DNA from: Amphiscolops sp. MND2022
Lineage: Eukaryota
Reading direction: 5' to 3'
NCBI GenBank assembly: GCA_964187785.1
Contig: OZ076413.1
Location: forward strand, 50,222,001-50,286,000
Length of the DNA: 64,000 bases
The notes under the pieces were generated by a model, which had not been told where the DNA came from, did no database searches, and saw only the letters and a list, made by a program, of their open reading frames with translations. Positions 1 to 12,959 of this stretch are shown piece after piece. Position numbers and translations under genes: made by a program. Each line of letters begins with the position of its first letter. Within the stretch, counting starts at the first letter, position 1.

Positions 1-2
1 CC

Positions 3-520
3 TTGTACCTGGTTCTGTATGCAGATGATACTTTTCTCTTTGTAGCAGCTAAAGACATTGCAACTGGCGTTGATTATCTGCAGAAAGGCATAAAAGAACA
101 TTCTGATTTTTTCGCAATCCACCGTCTCAATGTAAATGCTGACAAGACAGAGTTCATTGTTTTCTGTAAATCATCCAAAAACAGTTCAATAAAAACGCTA
201 CGTTAAAAGTTGGGAATTATTTGATTAAACAAAAAGAATCTGTAAAATATCTTGGAGTTTATTTGGATAGGAATCTCAATTATCAAGCAAAGGTGAAGAA
301 TATCTTACGAAAAATGGCTTGTAGTATTAAAACCATTTTTTATGTCCGCGACTTCCTTCCAGAGAAAACTCGATTATTTCTATTAAAAGCCCTTGTGATC
401 AGCCATCTCCAGTATTCATCGGTATTATTGAATGGTATCTCTCAGAGCCTAATTTCGACTTTAGAAAAACAATTGAATTGGGGTGTTAAAGCGTGTTTCA
501 ATAGATACAAAATGGATTCT
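3..520 (+). pseudogene. Non-LTR (LINE) reverse transcriptase, C-terminal fragment, disrupted
   Basis: ORFs 3..206 and 221..646 contain LYADD, LNVNADKTEFIVF and VKYLGVYLD, typical LINE RT C-terminal motifs. They are broken by a stop/frameshift near 206, and similarity ends near 520. Confidence 0.85.
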
Positions 521-2334
521 TTTTCGAAGGAAAACTTTTTCCGAGTCCTGGGGTTTTTTTTTAAAGGAAAACTTTTTCCGAGTCTTGGGGTGTCGTCTTT
601 GATAAATGTTATATTGTGGAAAATGAGTTTGTCTCAAAGATTGTAGAAAAGACCTACTTTCGATATTTTGGGCACTGTGCGACTTTTTTTGGTTATTTTC
701 ATTTGATCAAAGTGTACCCTTTCACTTTAATAAAGCGTTTGGCGGGCTCAAAGCTTCTTTTTCGGCACTATGAAACTCAAGGTCTTGTTAAGGATTAATT
801 AAGGTCTCAGTCTTATTACGAACTTGTTGTTTCGTTGCTGAATGCAATTTAGATTCGATAAAAAAATCAAATAAGTTCGCGAATTGAAAAACCGTTGACA
901 CTTCAAAAGTTTTGGTGCCATCAGGTTTTATAACTACTCAAAACATTAGCAGTCTATTTTGACCACCTAAATGGAGTCAAACGGTCAACTACAGGCAGCC
1001 ATACCATTACGCGATCATCAAAACTCCAAGGAAAACAGTAGTCATCTGAACGAGCATTTTCTAATCAAGAAATAACTGACTTGTACTTCTATCAACTTTG
1101 TCTTTTTACTGTTACTAATTGCAATTTGATAACATTTTCTTTATATTTCATCTGATTGTTTGCAACCTGAAACTCGCATTTCAAAATGTTTTGTGAAGAA
1201 AAATTAACATTTTTGTTGTTAAATTGTTTAACATGATTTGCATCATCTAGCTTTGTGAGGCGTTGCTCTACGAAAGATTTGGTGTCAAGTTTTTTGTCTG
1301 TTTTGTAACTCAGTTTGGTAAAAAGTTTTAACTTAATTCCACATTTCATGAATTTTATGAGAGGTTTAGGGATTTTCAAACAACCTTGACTTCATTCGTG
1401 GTAACTTCATCCGTAACTGCAATGTTACGTTACAAACTCTTCCATGCATTTTCATTGCATCTGACCGTGTGAATCTTTCAAGTTCATCTCTCAAATCTGG
1501 CCGATGGATGTCAAAAATTGGTAAAGGCCCGGGTTGACTTCCACATAAAAACAACTATCCGGATCATAAAAGTCGTATATGTCGGTATTTGAATTCAGTC
1601 GTACAGTGACCATAAAAGTAAAAAAAAAAATTCAAGTCATACATAAAAAATTTGCATAACGTCCCCGGGTTTCCCGACCATGCTGATCATAATCTGACCA
1701 TATTATGGCACCATACAAATCATACAAATTTCCTCACTGTGATCTAGCCATGATCGGCCTGAAATCATAGATGGTCCAGAGTATGATCGGCCTGGAATCA
1801 TTTATGGTCCATACAGTGAGTATGATTCCAGTTTTGGAACCGGGTCAGTATTTTCTACCCTAAGCCCGGCCCGAGCCCGTTTCAAAAATCCTACCACTAC
1901 CCGATAGTTTTGAATATTTTTAACACCCGACAGAACTGACCGAAAACGAATTTGATACCCGAAAGTAAATTGTAAATGGTAATCATGTATAAGCATTGTG
2001 AGAAGTCAAAAATTACATTTTTTAATACCGAGTTCAAAAAATCAACATCAATTTTTTGGCAGACATCTGGGCTCTACGAGCTGTGCAAGTTAGACCCGCT
2101 TGACTAAAATCTCGTTCACTTTGAGCACTGGTTGCTTACGCTGAGAATATTTTTTGAGCAACTGCAATAGGGAATTCTGCTGCGCTTCCTTTCCAGAATA
2201 CCCGGCCCGAAAAAAATTAAGCTCGAAAAAGCCCGGCTATAAGGCCGCCCGACCCGGCCCGGCAACATTCAATTACGTGCTTGGTTCCAACTCTGATGAT
2301 GGCAGAGTATGATTGACCTGTTTTTGTATGGGAG

Positions 2335-3241
2335 CCCCAGTCGAACTCCCATACATTTCTTGCAAGAATCTTGCAGAAGTGGTACATTTCAGACACTATC
2401 TGCAAGAATCTTGCAAGAATCTTGGATTTCAGACAAACCTGTCAGATTCTTGCAGATCAGACCTTTCTTGCAGTTCAGACATTTCTTGCAAGATTCTTGC
2501 AGGTCAAGACATTTCTTGCAAGATTCTTGGACGGATCTTGCAAGACAATGTCTGAAACTTGAAAGATATTCTGCAAAAAAATGTCTGGAATGTACGGGAA
2601 ACAACAAGGCTTTTTTTCCAATTTTAAGCCAGGAATATGCTCAAATTGAATGTAAATGTCTCGTATATGTAGTCGCGCGGACTTAAATGTGAGCAAGAAT
2701 TTTAAACCAAGCAAGAATTTTGAACCACGCTATCTTGGAAGTTATGCGACGCGTGCTGTTAACTACCCTCAAGCGCGCTGTTATTTACCCTCTTGAGTCG
2801 AGTCAACTTGTTGACAACAGTTCGAGAGTCTCTTGGAGTGAGTGATGATGAAGAGTAAACAAGCCATTTTCAAAGGAAGCCGACGAACGGAATTCCATTC
2901 AGGAAAGTTTACGCCAACTTAGGACAATTAACCGGGGTTCAGGCATTTTCTTCCAAGATACTTCCAAGATCAGACATTTTCTTCCAAGTTACTTCCAAGA
3001 TCAGGCATTTTCTTCCAAGTTACTTCCAAGATCAGGCATTTTCTTCCAAGTTACTTCCAAGATCAGATATTTTCTTGCAAGATCTTGCAAGACCAGACAT
3101 TTTCTTGCAAGATCTTGCAAGACCAGACATTATCTTCCAAGATCTTCCAAGATACCTGCAAGAATAATGCATTGTCTTCCAAGATCTTGGAAGTGAAATC
3201 TGACAGATTCTTGCAGAAAATGTATGGGAGTTCGACTGGGG
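2335..3241. mobile_element. Foldback-type MITE (CMC/EnSpm-like, non-autonomous)
   Basis: TIRs CCCCAGTCGAACTCCCATACATTT ... AAATGTATGGGAGTTCGACTGGGG. Subterminal arrays of CTTGCAAGA/CTTCCAAGA. GAG directly repeated on both flanks (2332-2334, 3242-3244). Confidence 0.85.
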
Positions 3242-3270
3242 GAGGGAATTCCGGGTAATGAATTAACGCT

Positions 3271-3429
3271 CGTGACTTTGAAACCGTCTCGTTGACACTT
3301 GTAGATCATCAACCCGCGACGCTGAAAATGTTTTTACTACCACCACTTTGAAACCGTGACTTTGAAACCGTCTCGTTGACACTCGTAGATCAACCCGCGA
3401 CGCTGAAATTGTTTTACTAGCACCACTTC
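3271..3429. repeat. Tandem repeat, ~84-bp unit x2
   Basis: CGTGACTTTGAAACCGTCTCGTTGACAC... starts at both 3271 and 3355. Confidence 0.8.
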
Positions 3430-3890
3430 CATGTGATTTCGGGTTGAGTGACCACCACTTTCCAGATTGATTGATTTGCTTGGTACTTCGATTTTGTCGT
3501 AACCTGATCGTATACCACCTTCCGTCGTTAGTAAGTTGGAATGTGCTTTTTAAAATTTGAAAGGTTAAGAAAATCATGACTGAAGGGCTTGGCGACATGA
3601 AAAACAATGGAATGTTTCAAGCATTTTCAACCAAGGTGTTGAACCTTTGAAAAATAGTTTAATGAACTCTATTTCAGCAAAAGATGTTTTGGAACAGTGA
3701 CGCATACTTTAGAATATGGTTTTGAGTTTCGGAGAGGAATGACAGCGCGGATGTGAAGAAATTGCCTCGAAAGTTTCAAAAAAGTTTAGTTTACCACGTT
3801 TAAGAGAATATTCGATGTAAAGCAGTGTATAAAATTGTTAACAAGAACCGACGCGGTAAAAGTTTTTCACATTTTTGATAGGAACAAACG

Positions 3891-3909
3891 GTTGTTGTTG
3901 TTGTTGTTT

Positions 3910-3955
<46 letters not shown>
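3891..3955. repeat. (TTG)n microsatellite
   Basis: About 21 GTT/TTG units with one interruption. Confidence 0.95.
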
Positions 3956-4234
3956 AGTGGATTCTCAGCCATCGCTGTTAGGATGTCTCCCATTACTTTT
4001 GTTACCATCTTTGTCTCATGTTCTGGCATTGCATGACTCTGTTTGGTTTGTTAAAACAAGTTGCACGCGTATTTAGGAATATAGGTTTTGAAGTGCAGAA
4101 AGCAATGAAGTGTCTGCTGTCTTTGCAAATTTCAAAAGGGTTTCCTTACTAGGTAGATGATATTCAGACAGGAGTATATCTTCATTCAAACCCCACAAAT
4201 AATGAATGATTTTACTTTGATCATGAGCTGTTAA

Positions 4235-4650
4235 AAAGTGTGGTTGTTGTTTCTTTAAGATGTTTTAGTACAGACATACGAAGTCTAAGATTTTAACAGC
4301 GAGGTCGTCTTATTTCAAGTCTGTTTAGCTAGCTATTTCTAGGTCTAATCTCTCTGAGATCTCAGTTAAGTTCTAAGTCGAAAACACGACTGTTTGGTGG
4401 ATTAGAATCTCAATTTCTCCGAGTAGATATATCTTATCAACTAGGGTAGATTTAATTCATTTACATCAATAAGAAAGTGACAGTAACAGGATACATCTGA
4501 GAAGCTTGATACAGGATATATTAAGAGAAGTTTCTTCTAAGATAATTAGCTTTCAAATGAAATTACATTTACTAATTACTTTGGTTAGGTGTTCAAACTA
4601 TTTCAGATTTATAGAGTCTTTGAGGACATGCATCATGGCATCACAATCAA
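4235..4650 (-). repeat. 3' LTR of env-bearing element
   Basis: Direct repeat of 21727-22142, with about 10 substitutions counted by eye. A TG...CA core lies at 4239-4645. Confidence 0.9.
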
Positions 4651-7076
4651 CCGGGAATTTAAAAATAAAATTACATATATTCACTTTGGGTTTGAAGAGT
4701 TCTAAAGCTTTTGTCTCAAATGTTAAAGTTTCTGTTTCAGATGTTTTATGCATAGGTTTGTTTCATGTGTGTTATGCATGAGTATCGTTCTGAAATGTAC
4801 CATACTTAAGGAGTGAGAACAACCTTAGACGAGTTGACTTCTTACGTCATAGACGATTCAATTGGTGCAAAAAGGTTCAGTTTCTTTCAGTTTCTTTGAC
4901 TGACAGTTTTCGTTCAAGTTATTATTGACAACTATTTACTTATACTATTTCATGTTTCTTTTTCGTATCAGCCATCGGCTTGTTTGAAAAAAAGTTCATC
5001 AACATGAGTTAGTCAGCATCGAAAACTTTTCAAGTTGAAGAATTAAAGCGTTGTCAATGAGTTGTGAACCAACATTGGCGGGTGTGTGAACCAAAAGTGA
5101 AGAAGTTTTGAAAAGTCAAGGTTCTAGTGAGAGTTCATTTTTAACGAAAGTGAGGAGTAGAGCAGGAGCAAGAAGTTCTGGAATCAAAAACTTTGACAAG
5201 TGCAAGTTTCAAACATTGAGTTAAAGTGTTGAAAGGTTCAAGGGAAAAATTTTTGAAAATTTTGGGAATGCTTTTGGGGAAGTAAAATAAAGTTGTACAG
5301 AGCATGTTTTGTAAAGAAAAATTTTTGTCGAGAAATCTTCGAAAATTTTGTACTATAAGTAGGACTTGTGTTCTGTAAAAGATGTGGATTATAGAATTGT
5401 TAAATAGATCTATTATACACATAACAATGGGGATATAATTTGGGAATATATTTCGCGGCTACAAAGATAATTAAGATGAAATTGTGTGGGGATTTAGCAA
5501 CAGAGGGGGTAATTATAGTTATGATTATACAAAATTAAGATTAAATAAGATTAAGTACTATTAAGATTACATTATGAATTAGCAAGAAATAAGATCATAC
5601 GGTAAAGTTACATTAAAGTTATTATAGTACAGTTTGACATTTACGGCAAGTAAATAGTTTGAAATTCGCAAGTGAATTGCGGCGAGTTCAGTTCATTGCA
5701 AGTGAATTGAGTCCAGTTCAGTGGAGCAAAGTGAGAAGACCAGTCAAGTTGAAAGAAGTCATCATTGGAGTGACGATTGTGAAGACCAGTTGACAGAGGC
5801 AGAAGCAGGTTGTCAAGGTGGTAGAACCCAAAAGCGATGGATGATGTTGACCATCTGGAGGGTGTGCGTGAAGAATTGAGAAGTGTCAGCGAAGTTCTTT
5901 GGAGGAGTGGTCAGCAACCACATCTCGGGACATCATCGAAGAAGGATGAAGGAATGAAGACGAGATGTAGTTGAAGAGTAAATGAAGGTGAGTGAAAGTG
6001 TTTGGTAATTATTGAAACAGAGGATGTTGCGGTGGAGGATGTGCTGGACGCACATGCGGGTCGTAGTACTCAAGAGTTTGGGTGCCCAAAATCTTTGAGA
6101 ATGTTGTTGAAGGCAATGATTGCTTCTTGTATGGCAGTGTGGAAATATTGATCTTTTGATGTAATGCGGAATTCAAAACGAAAAAAGCATTTGATGCAGT
6201 TTCGCAGATTGCGATTTTTGGGCCAGCTAAATGAATTCGAGAGTACTGTTCAAAGGTGATCTTTTTCTTCTTGATCTGGGCAACGTTATATAGAACTTTG
6301 AGAAAACAATATTAGTTTTGGGTGTGATTTTGTTCTTGTTGATCTCGAGAGAAAGCTTATAAGCCATTGTATGAAAGATGGCGGCTCTTGAGGCTGTGTA
6401 CTTTTGAGAAATCTGAGGTCATGGTAATAATGTCTTCTGTTTCAGCATTGGGAGCCATGGTGACGGAGTTCTGAGGAGCGGGAAGAGAGAGAAGTGGAAA
6501 TGTTCTGAAAGAATGCCGAAGGAGGAGGCAGAAGAATAGATGTTTCTAAAACAAAAGAAGTTTGAGAAGAGCGACAATGACAAATTAAAGGTGTACAACA
6601 AAGTCTGGTGCTAGAATGTATCATATTGTGGTGCTAATATATCTATTTAAGGTGTCTTATAGCGTAATATTTTTATGTAGTATAGGCAAAGAATCGAAAA
6701 TGTTTTCATGTACTGAAGGACAAGGAAAGTATATACTGTAAAAGTAAAAACTTCCAGAGAATTCATTCAGAAAAGGTTACCTTGAGGTAGTACTTTTAGT
6801 GTAGTTCAAAGATGTGCCATATAGTGTACCAGAGGAAAAAAACTAAGAAATTTGTATTACCTGTAGGAGAATTTTAATGAAGATTAGTTGAAATAAAAAG
6901 AGTAGTTATGGATTCCAAAGCAGATTGAATTGCTTGGGATGATTGAATAATGCGTTGAGAGTCTAGATCGAGTGTCTGTAAGAGTTTGTGTGTTCTGTCA
7001 TAGCAGTGTAGTATGTTTGTGAGTGTGATGATAGGTGTTTCAGAAGGTGTTCGTTTATATGGGTCTAAGAGATTTG

Positions 7077-7952
7077 TTATATCTCTAAGTTTCGGTTGTT
7101 CAAGACAGAAGAAAGTTTTTCAGGCGTGTTTTTTATTGGTGATGAAGGTATTTTGTGTTCTGATTTTTGTTCAGCTTGTACCATAAACGAAATGGTTTTG
7201 GCGGCGATAAATAGAAGTTCGGTATATGAGTATGTCTGTTTGTAGAGAGCTGTATAATATGTTTTGTCTTTGTCATCGAGTGGAGAAGACACAAGATGTT
7301 TAATAACAGTGAGAAGTTTTACGATTTGTGTAGGAACGTTGCAAGGCAACAAAAAATCATCAAAATATATGAGGTATTCTTGAGGTACAATAAGTGGGCG
7401 TGAAGTGTTATTGTATGGTAATAAACAGTAGTACTGTTTTATAGGATCATAGTTTCTAAGATATCCTCTTATACACGAGTGATCAAGAGTGTAGATGTTT
7501 GTCATTGTGAAGGGTGATGTATATTTGTAATTGACGAAAATGTAATTCTTTGGTTCTGTGTGCTGTAGAAATTTAGTGTATATTTGATGATGAGTGGCTT
7601 TTTGTGAAACAGAGAGAAAAGGCGGATCAGATTCGTCTGTTTTTAAATCGTATATAGATGGGCGAAAGAAGTTAAATTGTAGAGAAAAGATTTTGAATCC
7701 ATTATCAAGCCATTTTTGGTATGGACCCATGATTTTTGAAGCGATAGATGTGAAGAAATCTTGATTATTGTCATATAAGCGAAATGAATAGTCTGTAGGA
7801 TGCATGTAGAGAGAAGTTAGTTGTGCTTTGAAGGTGAAATCATCGTGAGAAAGAAGTGAAATCAAATGATCATCCTGATTTGTAGAAAGAGAAGTGTTTG
7901 TAGATATGAAAGGAGGATAGATTGGTGACGAAAGAAAGACAGGATCTTTCAT
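7077..7952 (-). CDS. Accessory ORF (291 aa, unknown function) downstream of env
   Basis: Long ATG-started open frame in the element's sense orientation, between env and the 3' LTR. No recognised motif. Confidence 0.55.
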   Translation of the reverse strand: MKDPVFLSSPIYPPFISTNTSLSTNQDDHLISLLSHDDFTFKAQLTSLYMHPTDYSFRLYDNNQDFFTSIASKIMGPYQKWLDNGFKIFSLQFNFFRPSIYDLKTDESDPPFLSVSQKATHHQIYTKFLQHTEPKNYIFVNYKYTSPFTMTNIYTLDHSCIRGYLRNYDPIKQYYCLLPYNNTSRPLIVPQEYLIYFDDFLLPCNVPTQIVKLLTVIKHLVSSPLDDKDKTYYTALYKQTYSYTELLFIAAKTISFMVQAEQKSEHKIPSSPIKNTPEKLSSVLNNRNLEI

Positions 7953-8604
7953 TATTTCATATCGTTTTCTGGAGGAGGTGGTGTTGCGTGTGTATGATCA
8001 ATATCATTGAGTGGAGTTGAAACTTTCGATGTATCATGTTCAATTTTTTCTTGTTCCATTTGTTCAAGAGGAGTGGTAGGTATTGGTTCAGAAGTATCAA
8101 TATATAGAACAGGAGAATCATTTAGAAGAGGTCTCGTTGTGATATCTGAGGTGGCTTGTCAAGTTGATTTTGAAGATCGACTTGTGCTTGTGTCATTGTG
8201 TTAAAAACATCAACAATCACAGTGTTATCTTTTCCAAGAGGCCTTAGCACTTTAAAGTACTGTAATACACTAACGAGTGGATTTGTCAACTTTTGAAGGA
8301 GAGCTTTTGAGAACTGCGAGGATGATGGGAGTGCTGTTTATTTGCGGAACGTGGATTTCTACAAGAGTTTCTAAAGTTGGAGGAGTTGCAATTTTGAGAA
8401 GTTTTTTGAGAGAAGGATTGAAAATTCGAAGAGTTGAAAGTGATGAAGGGGAGTGAAGTGTTCTGGAAGAGAGTTGACAAGCAAACTGAGAGGGAGTTCA
8501 ACAAGATGGCGGAGGAAAGGGATAATTTACTCGTGAATAGATTTTATTAGGTGTATCCGTATTAGATGTGACAGAAGTATTAATTATGGTGTCATGTTGG
8601 GTGG

Positions 8605-11190
8605 CTAAATTTTCTTTCGGATGTGAGTTTGTAGTAGAATAATTAGGAAGTGAAGGATGTTGTTCAGAAGAAGGAAGTGTAGATGGTTGAAAGGTAATTT
8701 TCGGTTGAGAATAGTGATGTCTTTTCGGAAATAATTTAAATTTGGTATCTGGAGTTTATTAGGACGTTTAGTATAGAAAGGTGGAGGGGAAGTAATACCG
8801 GTAGAATGGTTAATTAAATTTGTTGAAGTGTCAGAGAGATGGTCCAGAGATTTGAATTTAAAAAAAGGTTTTTTTGGTTTTTTATTTTGGTTATCATGAA
8901 GGTCATTGACCATTTGTGCTGTAAGGGTGGTAAAGAAACCATGTGCTCTTGAACTAAATAAAGTAATAATATTTTTTTAGATTATATTTAATAGATATTG
9001 TTTTGTAAAGTTTGACAATGAGTGTAAGAGTAGCTTGTACAAAAAGGAATGTAGAAAAGTATATACCACATTGTGTGAGAATATAACAAGGGTATCCAAA
9101 AAGTGCAATAAAAGCATCTGAAAACCATGTAGGTGTAAAAAGAGGAGTTAAATTTGAAACTTCATCATGTAGTCCTATATGTAATGTATTGTAAGGATTA
9201 CCAGAATCTTGAGGGGAGTTTGAATCATAATTAGGAGTAATAGATGAAATGAAAGAATAACTAAGAGCTTTACCAAATAATTGAAGTGTAGAATCAGAAT
9301 GTTTGGAAAATAAAATACGATTCCAAAATTGATCAAGTTCTGCATTGGAATACATACCAGCATCTTGAGCTGTAAAAGTGTTAGGGCGTATTGTAGTTTT
9401 ACTTTGTGAAGGTTTAAACATTAGTGGAGGTTTGCGTTTAATAGGTTCAGGTCCAAGAATGTAAAAATTTTGATCGTCTGAATCAGGATCTAGATCAATA
9501 ATATTACGTGGATTATTATCACATGTAATTGGTGTAGCATAGTCATAGGTTTGTCTTGTAATAGGATCAACGTACATTAAAGTATCTTTAAAGTGTATAG
9601 GTATACGGTCAAGGCATCGATCAGCTTTGTATAAAGGAGATAAGAAATGAGGACAATCATAGAGCCGGGCGGTTGAGCCTTCGACGTACAAAAAATTGCT
9701 TCGATTACCGGTTAAAAGAAAACCAGCAAGTTGAGAGTTTTGTACTGACATTGCGAGTATTGTAAGAAGTTGATTCCGTTCTAATTCACATTTTGTATGA
9801 AGAGTATTGAGTTCTTGTACTGTCATTGAGCGAAAAACGTGGTTAATAGTGTAATCAATTTCCGTATTTATATGTGCATCATAGTCACTGGTAGCAAAGT
9901 TGTTTGAAACACTTAATGCAGGGAATATAAATTTGTTATTTGAAGTGTCCAATACTATTTTGCCAGAAATATATTCATCAATCATAGAATGAGGATTGGG
10001 TTATCCTGTATGCATATTGAAACCATCAGTGTATGTAACAAAAAGGTCTGAATATTGTGTAGAATGAAGTGGGTCTGGTTTACCACAGAGCGTTTGTGCT
10101 GAAGGAAAAACTTCAAAACGTGAAAGACTTGGATTATTGGGATGTTGTGTATGAGGAGCATAAACATTTGGATGTTCTGTACCTTTAATACCAGAAGTTG
10201 TTTTGGGTTTTATTGAGTGTGGAGAATGTACAAAAGTGTCTGTTTCAATCCAATATCTATCTTCGATTTTAGTCATACGTCCAATAGAGTCTTGTAGTAT
10301 AAATATTAAGCAATAATCATCATTAAACCAAACAAAAGTAAAAGGAGTTTTCGTTGTGGTTTTGCAAAAACCATCTGCAAAATAGCAGGGTAGTGTATGT
10401 GCATCGATTATCATGTCATTGGATGAGTCATCATAAGTAAGTTCTACTTCAGAAATTTCTAGTCGCCAACTAACTAAGTTGAATTCGAATTGGTGATGAG
10501 CGGGACAGTTATGGTAAGTGGTAAGGTTTTGCGTAGGGTTATATATCCAGTTTTTGTCTGCAGGCATAAAGGTAAAGGTACCTGTATACATTTTGTTCAA
10601 TTGGTATACAGTGAAAGGAGTTTGATATTGTTCTAATCGTTCTTGAAAGTACTGATCTTCTAAGAGTGTAAAAGTTTTATTGTAGTGGAGGTTGTTCAAT
10701 ATTTTATCATTTGTACCGTTAAGATGTCTTATAATGTTTTTACACTCTAATGGATCAAGAGTAACAGGAAGCGGTAATGTATTATGATTCCATGCAGTTC
10801 TATCAACACGACGGTATTTTACGGAACCTTGAAAGCAAATCTTTCTCTCCTTTTTTTGCATAAACAACACATTTAAAAGCTTTAATGCGTTTAACCTTTG
10901 CTCGGACATATACACGGGCTTTAACACTTGCGTGTTTAATGTCAGAAGGAGCTTCAGTGCCTTGTTTCACATAAAGTAAGTTAAACTGTCTCAAATTATG
11001 TTGATTTGCACAGTCATAATGGGAAACCATGAGGTTTGTAATATTCGGATCATCAGATGGAAGATAGTTTTCTGTATCAGAAGGTGTTGTGGGTATTGAG
11101 AAGGTGAAGTTAAATAAGTGTAAATAGAGTATCAGAGTTGTTGTATAAGAGGTTGTAAAGAGTTCAAAAAGAGGTAGTATTTTTAAGACC
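8605..11190 (-). pseudogene. env: env-like glycoprotein resembling chuvirus G / herpes gB-type class III fusogens, frameshifted
   Basis: Hydrophobic leader (TLILYLHLFNFTFS), then SHYDC..FNLL.V, CYFADGFC..TFVW..C, LCG..STQYSDLFV, KCELERNQLLTILAM, CLDRIPI..YVDPITR..TPITC and a C-terminal TM segment. Spread over ORFs 10803..11030, 10001..10927 and 8954..9985. Confidence 0.8.
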
Positions 11191-12959
11191 GGGGTAAGGG
11201 TTACAGAATGTATTTTGCCATATGTAATAGTGGGTATATTGAGGTTTCGTTCAAATTCAATGTGTACTACTTCAAAAGGAGCAGGAGAGGTTTTATGTTC
11301 TATTTTTGAGACGTGAAAGATTGGATGGGGATTTAAACCTTGAATATTGACTTTGACTTCAAATTTAAATTCTAGATTAGGTGTCTGGAGGCGTTTTAGT
11401 TCTGTTTCTTTCCTTTTTTGAGATAAGAGATCGTTATTTGCAATAAAGCGTTCTGCAAGGAGGATCGTTCTATGGGTCGTAGATGTTTATACCGTCGACT
11501 CGAAGTGGATAGTCAGCAAAATTTGGAGTTGGAGGTCTAGATGGATCGGCAGTATAATATTCAGGTATTCTAGTATGTACAGGAACAGGAGTAGGTATTA
11601 TTACTTCTGAGAAAAGATTTCCGGAAAGGAATGCAGTCTGAGCGTCTGAAGAAAGTAGAGAGGCGTTTTCAAAACCAGATGTAAATAATGTGGAAGGTAT
11701 AAATTCGGAGGAATTTGTTTCAGAAGACAACGGTTGTGCGTTTTGTCGTACAAGTCGTAAAGTGAAATTGCTAGAAAGAGGAGATAGAATAAGGGTGGAA
11801 GTATCAGTACTAAGTCTGCGTGAAGGAAGGTCTCGAAGATTATATCTAAATTGTGGTACGAAAAGAGAGCTTGTAGTATCTTGTGATGGAGTATATTCTG
11901 ATGTATTATCTGAGAGTTTTGATAGTGATGTAGAAAGTTTTTGAAGAGGTTTTAGAGGAGGATAAAGTTTAGAAGAAGTATTGCTGAGTTCTGATGGTAA
12001 TTTCAGTGGAGGTGGTCTTGTATATTTAGTGTCAGGAATGTGTACAAGAATAATTTGAGGTTGAAGTCTAACAATTTTTATAGCTGTAGGATGATTCTAA
12101 GTTACGTATTGTTCAACAGTTTCAGGGTTTGGTATGTGTACTATAGGAGTGTTAATAGGAGTTTGTTGAGTACGAGTGGTAAGAGGGATTTCAGTTATAG
12201 GTGGTCTATGAAGGAGGAATGAAGATGATGTTTCGGAAACGTATGATCTTGGTCTTTTAGAAGGAGTAGTAGGAGTTACATTACGAGAATTTGTAGTGTT
12301 TGATATTGATGATTCAGGAGTAGAAGGAATACTTTGAGCTGATGGAGATATATCAGAGGAAGAATCAAGGATTCTTGAAATGGGATTTCAACAGGTTGTC
12401 GTTGAGATAACTTGTTAGTGATTATCTTTCACTCAGCTGAAGTGACTAGTTTTGAGTGAGCCAGTGGATAAAATGATGAGGTTACAGTTTTGAGGGTGTT
12501 ATAAAAAGTCTATAAACTAATTTGGGTTGTTGTCGTAGTTTATAAGTAGTTTTCGTAGTTCTGTCAATTAGAAGAGGAAGTCATTCTGTTTGATTATAAG
12601 ACGGATGTCTTGATCTGTCACTGGGGATATTAGTGTGAGGGGTATTAATTATAGCCGTATATAAAGAGTTGTCATTGGTTGAGGGAGTTAAAGACTTGTG
12701 ATTGGATGTTGTAGATGGTGTATTCTGATTGAAAGTACTGAATGGTGATGGTGTCACAAAAGTTTGAGAAGAATCTTCTGTAGTGGATGGTGTCATAATT
12801 TTTTGAGAGTCTTTGTTTGATAAGGATTCGTCTGAATTAAAAGGAGAAGAATCACTGTTTGCATCTTTGGTAGGTTGTGAAATTTGGAATTGAGTTGTGT
12901 CTGAAAAGCGCATGAAACTACGCAAATGTGGGTATAAAAGTGGTTCTTTCGGATAATAC

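Noticed and set aside
1092..1554. Minus-strand ORFs as a possible host exon
   Set aside because: No recognisable motif or convincing splice structure.
1528..2330. Further MITE-like fragments (CCCGGG ends, ATGAT and CCCGGCCCG repeats)
   Set aside because: Probably transposon remnants, but paired TIRs and TSDs could not be fixed.
2309..2714. Multiple overlapping ORFs with LQESC/KILAR repeats
   Set aside because: Artefacts of the MITE subterminal repeats; the same applies to 35403-35644 and 36150-36554.
2940..3190. Regular ~30-bp repeats resembling a CRISPR array
   Set aside because: No unique spacers, eukaryotic context, and they lie inside a TIR element.
3838..4029. Poly-Q ORF
   Set aside because: Short ORF explained by the (TTG)n microsatellite; no other support.
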